Virus record (IMG/VR): IMGVR_UViG_3300047499_000113
Coordinates: 62,001 to 126,000 of that record
Length of the DNA: 64,000 bases
Strand: one strand, 5' to 3'
The notes under the pieces are model-generated. The model did no database searches, was not told the origin of the DNA, and saw only the letters and a list, made by a program, of their open reading frames with translations. Each line of letters starts with the position of its first letter. Positions within the stretch are counted from its first letter, which is position 1. Below are positions 36,294 to 44,221 of this stretch, in pieces. Both the position numbers and the translations under genes were made by a program.

Positions 36294-37625
36294 TTACCTA
36301 CGGTTCGTGTTCTCTGCAGTCGGCGAGTTACCGCGATACTGACGCTCGGCCGGAATGGTCTCGCGGTCAGTGAGCATCGGGAATGCTTTACCCTTGCCCG
36401 GAACGATGTACCGAGTCTGCGGTGCGACGAGGAGTTCCGTCTGAATGACGGGAACTTTGTACCGAATATCGGCTGTGTCGAGGTGCGACGTCGTGAAGAA
36501 CTGCTGGAGCTGCATGCCACGAATGCTCGGCATGCGCACCGGGCCGATTCCGTACCTGTCGCCGTTGAGCTTCACGAAGAAATCGCGCTGGGTCAGCAGC
36601 GGGCTCGGACCAGTCCACGTGTCGTACGGGTGCTGGACCGTGCGACCTCGATTGCCCTGCGAAATGGAGCGTTCCCCATCTTCCGGAGCGATGAGGATGT
36701 CGTACGGACCGTCGTATCCTCCGATGATGCTCGTGCCGTAGCACGTGAGGCAGGAAGCGTCGGGCTGCTTGCGAGAATAGTCGTAGCAGCCGCACTTCGG
36801 GCCGACCAGCTTCATCTTGAAGAGTTTGACCGGCTCGCCACCGTTGCCCAGCATCCAGCGGTTACGGCGGATGGCTTCACGCCAAATCCAGTCCAGGCTC
36901 TCTATCTGACGATTGTTGGCCTCGGCCGCGCGGTCCAGCGAGGTCTCGATGAGCGCGCCGGTGTTCCTGTCGACGGCGACCGTCGTGATCCGGTAATAAG
37001 TCTTCTGGTCCAGCTCCGAGGGGACCTCACGCTCGAGGTAGTAGCGGTACGTCGCCAGGACGAGGTCAGTCGGATTCTGAGGCAGGACGGGCGGAGACTG
37101 CACCTGCGAAGCCACGTCGAAGGTCACGGTCCGGCGAAGCTCGACCTCTCCCATCTTGGCGTTGATGCTCTCGACGAACGCCGGGATGCCGTTGACTGTG
37201 ACGTAGACGTTGAGGTTCGTACAATTCGGGCTGTGAGCCGACGTCGTGTCGAGGATTATCGGCTTGTTCTCCGTTTGGAAGATCCAGCGGCCATCCGGGT
37301 CCGTGTCACCGCGCGCGATGAAGCGCTGGGTGACATTCTCGTTCATGGCGACCCGGATGAGGAGTCGGTCGCGATAGAAGTCCCCGCCAATGGGCAAGGC
37401 ATTGAGCCGGACGTAGGGCCCATACTCGGAGTCGAAGCTCCGGTAGACGTTGACGCCCACGATGTCGAACTGCGTGTTGGCTGGAATCTCTGTCGGACTC
37501 GTCCACCTCAAGTCCGTGACATGCAGTTCGAACCCGCTTGAACACATGATGTTCAGCGGTGGCAGAGGCAGCGCCGGATACTGAAGCTCGAGCGTGCCTA
37601 TTGGGCGATCGGGCGGGAAGGGCAT
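36294..37625 (-). CDS. Head closure / neck (stopper-like) protein with Cys cluster
   Basis: GGEPVKLF...GPKCGC...QPDASCLTCYGTSIIGGY resembles the CxC...CxxCxG motif of Herelleviridae-type neck proteins; N-terminal beta-rich domain. Confidence 0.65.
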   Translation of the reverse strand: MPFPPDRPIGTLELQYPALPLPPLNIMCSSGFELHVTDLRWTSPTEIPANTQFDIVGVNVYRSFDSEYGPYVRLNALPIGGDFYRDRLLIRVAMNENVTQRFIARGDTDPDGRWIFQTENKPIILDTTSAHSPNCTNLNVYVTVNGIPAFVESINAKMGEVELRRTVTFDVASQVQSPPVLPQNPTDLVLATYRYYLEREVPSELDQKTYYRITTVAVDRNTGALIETSLDRAAEANNRQIESLDWIWREAIRRNRWMLGNGGEPVKLFKMKLVGPKCGCYDYSRKQPDASCLTCYGTSIIGGYDGPYDILIAPEDGERSISQGNRGRTVQHPYDTWTGPSPLLTQRDFFVKLNGDRYGIGPVRMPSIRGMQLQQFFTTSHLDTADIRYKVPVIQTELLVAPQTRYIVPGKGKAFPMLTDRETIPAERQYRGNSPTAENTNRR

Positions 37626-37646
37626 GTCCCTTCCTTCGATACCCGA

Positions 37647-38012
37647 TTAGGAGGTTGGCGACTCGCCAGCCGGGGGCGCAGGAGCAGCTTGCGGGACGGG
37701 CGGCGGAGGGGCTCCGTTCGCCGGCGGAGCCATCGGGTTGGGCACGCAGACGATGTCCACCAGGCCCTCCTTGGTCTCCTTGTTCATGCTAATGCGGATG
37801 TCCTGGATGGTGTTCTCGTCGACACCCGCTTCCTTGTACGCCTTGCTCAGGAGCTGATTGCGGGCCGTTGTGATGGCCTCGAACTGTGCCATGGCTTGCT
37901 TGTGCTGCATTTCCAGGTTGCAAGCCTGGATGGCCCAATGCTGGGCGGACGACTCGAGCTTGGCGAGACTCTGAAGCTCTTCGGCCGAGAGCTTCGCTTG
38001 GCGGTGGATCAT
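37647..38012 (-). CDS. Hypothetical coiled-coil protein with Pro-rich tail
   Basis: Probable start ATG 38012 (MIHRQAKLSAEEL). Confidence 0.6.
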   Translation of the reverse strand: MIHRQAKLSAEELQSLAKLESSAQHWAIQACNLEMQHKQAMAQFEAITTARNQLLSKAYKEAGVDENTIQDIRISMNKETKEGLVDIVCVPNPMAPPANGAPPPPVPQAAPAPPAGESPTS

Positions 38013-38031
38013 GCCGCACAGTACCGAGCGA

Positions 38032-38343
38032 CTATTCTTCCTGTTCGCCCTGCTCGTCTTCGCCGAAGTCACCCTGGTCGTTGATGGCTACCTCGAGCTT
38101 CAGAGGCTTGACAAGCACGCGGCCCGGTTCCAAGCGCAGTTCCCGGGATACCACCTTGATGGCCGCCTCGAGCGCGCTCATGACCTCGGACTCGAGCTTT
38201 TTGACCAGAACATCCTTGGCGACCTGTCCCTCGAACTCTGCGCTGAAGGCTATCTCCGTCCGGACGCTGTACTCGGTCGCCGGGTGCTCCAGGCTCTCGT
38301 GGGTAGAGGCCGCAACGCGAGCAGCGATGGACTCGAGTCTCAT
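38032..38343 (-). CDS. Hypothetical protein with N-terminal SIAARVAA motif
   Basis: Probable start ATG 38343 (MRLESIAARVAAST); the longer track ORF is an upstream extension through the divergent gene. Confidence 0.65.
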   Translation of the reverse strand: MRLESIAARVAASTHESLEHPATEYSVRTEIAFSAEFEGQVAKDVLVKKLESEVMSALEAAIKVVSRELRLEPGRVLVKPLKLEVAINDQGDFGEDEQGEQEE

Positions 38344-38390
38344 ATTCTGGGCACGCATGAAAATTCTGGAGGCTTGGTTGTAACCTGGGT

Positions 38391-38957
38391 GTGGGTCGGG
38401 CCCGGTTTCCTCATCCCTGCGTCTGCAAGGTCTGCGACAAGGAAGTTCCATACAAGGAACGCAAACGCTGTCACAAGTGCGGCGATTGGGTCCACAACTT
38501 TTGCGGCAACGTGGACAGCCGTCATCCCGAAAAGCGGACTCTTTGCTTCGGCTGCCTGCCTCCATGTTCGAACATGGAACTCATCGATGCGCAGATGCAG
38601 GATCTCGACACCAATTGGGAGCCCGAGGCGTACAAGTCCGGGGCTATCTTCCTTGCGTCGCTGCACTGCGGGCCAGACGAGCAGAAAATCGCCGAGCTGA
38701 CTGGCTACCTGCCGGACGAAGTCCGACTCCGAGGCGACAGACTTCGAGCGAACAAGCTCTGGTTCGACGACAAGGTTGCCATTCCAGGACCAGTCCCGGA
38801 AGGTGACGGTCGAGCCGCGAGCATCGCGCTTCTCATGGCCGTCCTGTGCGCGGACGGGATGATTCAGCGCTCAGATACCGAGGAAGCGGCGGGGAGTAAG
38901 GGCGCCGCGGCCGACGCTGGGACCAAACGAGCTGCGGATGCCGACACCGAAGCGTGA
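38391..38957 (+). CDS. PHD-finger-like (C4HC3) + HTH-like protein
   Basis: CKVC-x11-CHKC-GDWV-H-NF-C-x13-CFGC, then EQKIAELTGYLPDEVRLRGDRLRANKLW. GTG start with weak RBS; 3' end overlaps the adaptor gene by 87 nt. Confidence 0.62.
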   Translation: MGRARFPHPCVCKVCDKEVPYKERKRCHKCGDWVHNFCGNVDSRHPEKRTLCFGCLPPCSNMELIDAQMQDLDTNWEPEAYKSGAIFLASLHCGPDEQKIAELTGYLPDEVRLRGDRLRANKLWFDDKVAIPGPVPEGDGRAASIALLMAVLCADGMIQRSDTEEAAGSKGAAADAGTKRAADADTEA

Positions 38958-39770
38958 CTGACGCAAACCGCGAATGATCTTCACGGTCTCCTTCGCGGCT
39001 GTCACGAAGTCGGTGAAACGCTGCTGGGCGTCGTTGGCCATGCCCTGGTACTTGGCGCTCTTCTCCAAGTCGAGCGACACACCGCCGATGGTGTATCCGA
39101 ACTCGTCGAGGATCCAGTTCAAGGACACGGCGTTGACCGCGTGCACCATAGCGCCTGTGAAGAGCAGAGTGCGCCAGTCGCGGTGCTCCGAGATGAGCTG
39201 GTCGAGCGTCTGGTAGAACGTCTGCGGCGGGTACATGTTGATGGAGTCGTTGGACATCCGCAGGAACTCGAGCAGTTCCGCGTCCTCCCAAATGTAGCCG
39301 AACACACGCGTGAACTCGTTGACCGATTCTTCGCCCGCCGGCGGCACGAAGTGGTAGTTGCGCGCCGGGTTGTTGTCGCGGAGCATGATGCGCATGCCGC
39401 GAATGAGGTCGTACTCGATGGGCGTGATCCCAGGAAGGGTCACGACCTGCGTCGCGTTATCGACGATCGAGAACTCCTGGACCGTCTGGACTTGAGGCGA
39501 GTTGACGAACTGCCTGAAGTACCAGCGAATGCGATAGTTGCCGATATTGGCGTCGAGCGGGATGACGAAACAAGCGAAGTATTCACCCGTTGCCGGATTG
39601 CGCGGATGACGATTCGCTGGCGGGAGGATGACCTCGAGTCCCGTCGTGAAATCGTAGACGCTGTAGGTGATCTCGGCCGCGTTGGTGGGCGAGCCGTCCT
39701 TCGACTTCAGGAAGATGTTGAGGCCATTCGCGCGCCCCAACTCCTGACCCCGCCGGAATGTGGTCGCCAT
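38871..39770 (-). CDS. Head-tail adaptor/neck protein with N-terminal Ig-like domain
   Basis: GEYFACFVIP...GNYRIRWYF (Ig-like), then LIRGMRIMLRDNNP...WEDAELLEFL...GGVSLDLEKSAKY (adaptor-like helical domain). Confidence 0.65.
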   Translation of the reverse strand: MATTFRRGQELGRANGLNIFLKSKDGSPTNAAEITYSVYDFTTGLEVILPPANRHPRNPATGEYFACFVIPLDANIGNYRIRWYFRQFVNSPQVQTVQEFSIVDNATQVVTLPGITPIEYDLIRGMRIMLRDNNPARNYHFVPPAGEESVNEFTRVFGYIWEDAELLEFLRMSNDSINMYPPQTFYQTLDQLISEHRDWRTLLFTGAMVHAVNAVSLNWILDEFGYTIGGVSLDLEKSAKYQGMANDAQQRFTDFVTAAKETVKIIRGLRQSRFGVGIRSSFGPSVGRGALTPRRFLGI

Positions 39771-39779
39771 GAAGGCACC

Positions 39780-40448
39780 TTACTCTTTGACGTGCGGCGT
39801 ATGGCCTTCGTTGTATTGGTTCCAGCTGAGTGCCTCGGCCCGCTCCTTCGAGAAGCCGTGGTCCTTGACCATCTTCTCGACGACGCCACCCCAGCCCGGA
39901 GGAGACTTGGCCGTCTCCTGCTGCTGACCCTGGTGTTCGCCCTCGTTCAGATGGACCTCGGGAATGGGCTCGTCGCCCTCCGCGTCCTCGAGGGTCATCT
40001 TCCAGTCAGCTTGCTGCTGACCCTGCTGCTCTTGCTGCCCAGTGGTCTCCATCGCAGCGATGATGGACTGCAGGTCGGACAGTACGACCTCGAGCTGAGG
40101 TTTCGTCGAGTTGGCAAGACGCGCGGCGACGAGCCGGATGTCGTGTGCGATGTCGTTGGGCGTAACTGCGCCCTTCTTCATGTGCTTGAACTTCTCGACC
40201 TGCTTGAGGCGCTCCTCGGCCTTGCCGTGCGAGGGATAGCAACCACCACTCCAGTCCGGGTTTTTCTCGGACTTGACGCAGTAGCCCTTGCCCTTCTCGT
40301 GCTTGATGTAGCCAACCTGCTCCTGCTGGCCCTGCTGTTCCTGCTGCGAAACAACCGCGGGCGGAGCATCCGCGGGCAGACCTTCAGATTGCTGCTGAGC
40401 GCAGACGGAACGCGATGCTACCCGGGCGGCCAGAGAGAGCAGACTCAT
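39780..40448 (-). CDS. Modular Gln-rich hypothetical protein with N-terminal SLAARVAS motif
   Basis: Probable start ATG 40448 (MSLLSLAARVASRS); modules GYCVKSEK...GCYPSHGKAEERLKQVEKFKH and SPPGWGGVVEKM...AEALSWNQYN joined by QQEQQGQQ repeats. Confidence 0.7.
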   Translation of the reverse strand: MSLLSLAARVASRSVCAQQQSEGLPADAPPAVVSQQEQQGQQEQVGYIKHEKGKGYCVKSEKNPDWSGGCYPSHGKAEERLKQVEKFKHMKKGAVTPNDIAHDIRLVAARLANSTKPQLEVVLSDLQSIIAAMETTGQQEQQGQQQADWKMTLEDAEGDEPIPEVHLNEGEHQGQQQETAKSPPGWGGVVEKMVKDHGFSKERAEALSWNQYNEGHTPHVKE

Positions 40449-40649
40449 ATCTCTGGTCGACATAAAAGGTATAGTCGAGAGGCCATGCTCAGAGGACTGC
40501 GCAAGCTCGCCATTTCCTTCCGCTGGATGAGCGAGAACTCGGACCGGATACAAGTGCAGCCGCAGATTGTATGGACCAGGCGCTCTGCAGTCACAGAGAA
40601 GCCGAAAGCACGGCCCGTAAGTCCGAGGCCACATCGTGTAGCCCGGTCT

Positions 40650-41294
40650 ATGACGATGACCGCGCAGCTGCCCTGGAAGTTTCCGTTCAAGCCAGTGCGG
40701 GCGCCATGGTCAGTCTTCCAGACGTTGACACTCTCCAACTACTTCATGGAGAAGAAGTTCGACGGCTGGCGAGCCATCGTGCAGGTCGGCGCGAACAACA
40801 TCGTGACGCTCTGGACCCGCGAGAAGCGGCTGATCACGATGCCGGACAACTTGAACAAGCAGCTCGCATTGCTCCAGATGCCGGAAGGCACTCTTCTGGA
40901 CGGCGAGATTTGGAACATGTCCAAGCGCGGCGCCTGGAAGCACAATCGCTCGGCCGTGTGCGCCCTGACGCTTTGGGACGCCATCCGGGTCGACACGCGA
41001 GACTTCTCAGGCGAGCCCATCGAGAAGCGGCGGGAGGCCCTGGAGAAGCTGCTCGAGGGCAAGGACACGCCCGACATCAAGGCGACGGAGCTTCTGGCGG
41101 CCGACGAGACTATCGCGCGTCAGATCGACGCGGAAGCCCGGTCATTTCGCGAGGGCTCGCAGGCTCGATCCGGTTTCATTCACGGCGTGGTTTTGAAGCG
41201 GCGTGGGTCGCCGCGACGAGACAACGCCGTTCGGTGTGTCGAGCACGCCGATTGGATCAAGATTGTCTTCGACGGCATGCAGAGCGGCCTCTGA
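40650..41294 (+). CDS. ATP-dependent ligase-like nucleotidyltransferase domain, no OB-fold
   Basis: Motif I EKKFDGWR, III LLDGEI, IIIa LTLWDAI, RREALEKL, IV variant IHGVVLK, V WIKI. The start could be upstream at ATG 40485. Confidence 0.8.
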   Translation: MTMTAQLPWKFPFKPVRAPWSVFQTLTLSNYFMEKKFDGWRAIVQVGANNIVTLWTREKRLITMPDNLNKQLALLQMPEGTLLDGEIWNMSKRGAWKHNRSAVCALTLWDAIRVDTRDFSGEPIEKRREALEKLLEGKDTPDIKATELLAADETIARQIDAEARSFREGSQARSGFIHGVVLKRRGSPRRDNAVRCVEHADWIKIVFDGMQSGL

Positions 41295-42608
41295 TTCTGG
41301 CTGATACTTCCGGACGATCCCGAACAGCTTGACGCCGGCTGCGTCAAAATCGCGCTCGTCCCAAACGTTGCGGCCATCGAAGGCCACCAGGTCCCGGGAT
41401 AGGCGCTTGAGATGCTGCACGTCAGGATTGCGATACTGACGCCACTCGGTGCAAAGGACGATGGCGTCCGCACCAAGGACAGACTCGTACATTTCGCTCG
41501 CGATGCTCACGCGATTGCCGTATCTCTCGTGCACCCGCTGCAAAGCTTGCGGGTCATGCACGATGACGTCGGCTCCGGCCGCGAGCATATCGTCGATGAA
41601 ATCGACAGCAGGAGACTCGCGGATGTCGTCGGTCTCCGCTTTGAACGCGGCACCCCACACGCAGATCTTCTTGCCATGCAGATTGCCGTAGAACTTGGAC
41701 ACGAGCTGGCCGAGCAGGTGTCGCTGGACGTTGTTGGCGTTGTTCGCTGCGTTGACCACGAGAAGATCCTGCCCGACCATCTCCGCCATGTGACGCAGAG
41801 CCATCACATCTTTGGGAAGACAGGAGCCGCCGTACCCGGGCCCGGGGTACAGGTACTGGTGTCCGATACGGGGATCGGCGCCCATCCCGCGACGCACGAA
41901 GTCGATGTCCGCCCCAAGAGCGGTAGCGAGTCTGGCCAGCTCGTTTATGTACGAAATGCGCGTCGCAAGAAACGCATTCGAGGCGTACTTCACGAGTTCG
42001 GAGGACGCCGGATCCATGACGAGCGTCTTGCCCGAGGCCATCGGCCGATAGAGCCGCATGAGGGCGTCTCTTGCGCCGGCGCAGGTGGTTCCAATGACCA
42101 CTCGGTCGGGCCGCATGAAGTCTTCGACCGCCGTACCCTCGCGGAGGAACTCCGGATTGGAGGCCACGCAGCAGTGCTTGTCGAAGTACGACGAGATGAT
42201 CTTGCCGACTGCGTGCGTCGTCCCGACCGGCACTGTGCTCTTGACCACGACAACCTTGTGGGGCTGCTTGGTCTCGCGCAAGACTTCTCCGATCGTGCGC
42301 GCCGTGGCCATCACACTCGATAGGTCGGCCGACCCGTCCGAAGCCTGCGGCGTGCCGACAGTGATGAAGACGACGTCGGCCTGAACGATCGATTGATGAA
42401 CATCAGTCGTGAAGGACAGCCGACCCTCGCCCATGTTGCTGGCGAGCAGGTCGTCCAGGCCGGGCTCGTAGATCGGCGACTTGATGCGGTTGAGCTGGGA
42501 GATCTTGGTCGCGTCGGTGTCCGCGCAAACCACTTCGTTCCCGAACTGCGCGAATCCCGTGCCCGAAACCAAACCAACGTATCCCGCCCCGATCATCGCC
42601 AGCTTCAT
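41142..42608 (-). CDS. ugd: UDP-glucose 6-dehydrogenase
   Basis: IGAGYVGL, FITVGTP, KSTVPVGT, NPEFLREG, KYASNAFLA, GYGGSCLPKD, AFKAETDDIRESP, DGRN; C-terminal extension overlaps the convergent ligase gene. Confidence 0.96.
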   Translation of the reverse strand: MKLAMIGAGYVGLVSGTGFAQFGNEVVCADTDATKISQLNRIKSPIYEPGLDDLLASNMGEGRLSFTTDVHQSIVQADVVFITVGTPQASDGSADLSSVMATARTIGEVLRETKQPHKVVVVKSTVPVGTTHAVGKIISSYFDKHCCVASNPEFLREGTAVEDFMRPDRVVIGTTCAGARDALMRLYRPMASGKTLVMDPASSELVKYASNAFLATRISYINELARLATALGADIDFVRRGMGADPRIGHQYLYPGPGYGGSCLPKDVMALRHMAEMVGQDLLVVNAANNANNVQRHLLGQLVSKFYGNLHGKKICVWGAAFKAETDDIRESPAVDFIDDMLAAGADVIVHDPQALQRVHERYGNRVSIASEMYESVLGADAIVLCTEWRQYRNPDVQHLKRLSRDLVAFDGRNVWDERDFDAAGVKLFGIVRKYQPESEAALHAVEDNLDPIGVLDTPNGVVSSRRPTPLQNHAVNETGSSLRALAK

Positions 42609-42627
42609 CTGCCACCTGTCTGCAACG

Positions 42628-44184
42628 TTACTCGGCGACGGCCTCGGCCATTGGGGGGCTCCTTCTCAGGATAAAATGAGGAAGGTCGCTCTGGCCCATG
42701 GAGTGCTCGTAACGCATGGCCGCCTTGCCTGGATTGAACGGAATACCGAGCTTCTCGCGCACGGAGTTCTCGACCCAATTGCGCATCTTCACCAGCTCTT
42801 CACCGCTCAGGTGATCGGTGAAGACGTACGAGTGGTACCCGCCGTTGGGGTCGCCCTTGTAATATTCGGCCACTTTCGTGAAGTCCACGTCGTAGGCATG
42901 CAGCCTATCACCGGACTTCTTACATGTGTACGTCCAAACGTCCTCGAGCGTCGGGTGCTCGATGGCCTCGTCGTAATACGGGGTGCCGGGGTAGGTCGTG
43001 ATGACCGTGCAGTCGAAATCGTCTGGCTTGACCTGCAAGAGCCAATCATGTACCGCGGTGATCGTTTCCTCGGACTCTCCGGGATGACCCACCGACATCA
43101 GGGCCTTGACCTTGAGCCCATGGCGGCGAGCGATTTCGAGGACGCGCGTGTTGTCGTCGATAGTCGCTTTCTTGTTGATGTTCTGCAGGATGCGCGGAGA
43201 AGCCGCCTCGAATCCGCAGAGAAGCCAGCGGAAGCCAGCGCGGTACATGGCCGCAGCCTGTTCGTCCGTGAAAAGCTCCGACTTAACAAACCCGCGGAGT
43301 CGAAACTCGGCGCCTACTTCGGACTGCAAATCCGACAGTGCATTCATCAGCTCGACGATGCTCGGGTTGACGTTCAGTTCGTCATCGTAGAACATGAACC
43401 CGCGGAATCCGTAGTTGCGATGAAGCATCGCCACTTCGCGCACGATAGACTGCGTCGTGCGAGTGCGGATCATGCGCAGGGACTTGGAATTGCGGCCACC
43501 GCAGAACCCGCATCCGAATGGGCAGCCGAGCTGCGCGATGAGACTCGTGGCCTTCTCGCCATCGATGGTGTAATTGTATGAGCTGACGTCGACGAGATGC
43601 CGTGCCGGGTAGGGCGATGCATCGTAGGAAACGTCCGTCATGAACAGCCCGCTTCGAGGGTCGTCACCGTCGATGATGCGAGGAGCGTCGGGTTTGAGAG
43701 CAGCGAATACGGCAGCCTCACCATCACCCGAGACAAGAACGTCGAAATTCTGCAGCAAGCGGTCGAGTGCGGCGTGGGCACGGCCAGTGCGACCTGCCTT
43801 CTTCTCGAGCTTGACGGCCGAATGCACAAGTGTGACGTGCGGGCCGCCGATGATGATCTTCATGTCCGGTCGGACGGCTCGGATGCGCTCAGCCACCTTC
43901 ACCGCGGCCGGCAATTGCGGTGTGGTCGTAGTCAGGGCTGCGACCCGAGCCCGGGATTTCTTGGCGTACTCGTCGACGACATCGAGATAGTTCTCGATGC
44001 CCGACAAATCGAGGAGTTCGACCTCGTGACCCGCACGCTCAAGAACAGCGGCCACCTTGAGGATGCCGAGACTCATGAATACCCGCTCGTCGAGCAAAAA
44101 CACCGAGGGCGGTGTGATCATCAGGACCGGCTCCGGCGATCCCCTATCCTTGCCGACAAGCCTCCCGAGCGGAATGATATTCAC
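42628..44184 (-). CDS. Cobalamin-binding radical SAM enzyme (class B methyltransferase-like)
   Basis: N-terminal B12-binding domain (LGILKVAAVLERAGHEV...IIIGGPHVT), CPFGCGFC, FYDDELN, GFEAAS, GHPGESEET, TYPGTPYY. Confidence 0.92.
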   Translation of the reverse strand: MNIIPLGRLVGKDRGSPEPVLMITPPSVFLLDERVFMSLGILKVAAVLERAGHEVELLDLSGIENYLDVVDEYAKKSRARVAALTTTTPQLPAAVKVAERIRAVRPDMKIIIGGPHVTLVHSAVKLEKKAGRTGRAHAALDRLLQNFDVLVSGDGEAAVFAALKPDAPRIIDGDDPRSGLFMTDVSYDASPYPARHLVDVSSYNYTIDGEKATSLIAQLGCPFGCGFCGGRNSKSLRMIRTRTTQSIVREVAMLHRNYGFRGFMFYDDELNVNPSIVELMNALSDLQSEVGAEFRLRGFVKSELFTDEQAAAMYRAGFRWLLCGFEAASPRILQNINKKATIDDNTRVLEIARRHGLKVKALMSVGHPGESEETITAVHDWLLQVKPDDFDCTVITTYPGTPYYDEAIEHPTLEDVWTYTCKKSGDRLHAYDVDFTKVAEYYKGDPNGGYHSYVFTDHLSGEELVKMRNWVENSVREKLGIPFNPGKAAMRYEHSMGQSDLPHFILRRSPPMAEAVAE

Positions 44185-44221
44185 CCCGAAAAAGCCTGAT
44201 TAGAACTCTGTATAGTCCTCC

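Noticed and set aside
39141-40484. Apparent 717-aa ligase fusion
   Set aside because: The 5' part is antisense to two real genes; ligase motifs begin only after ~40700.
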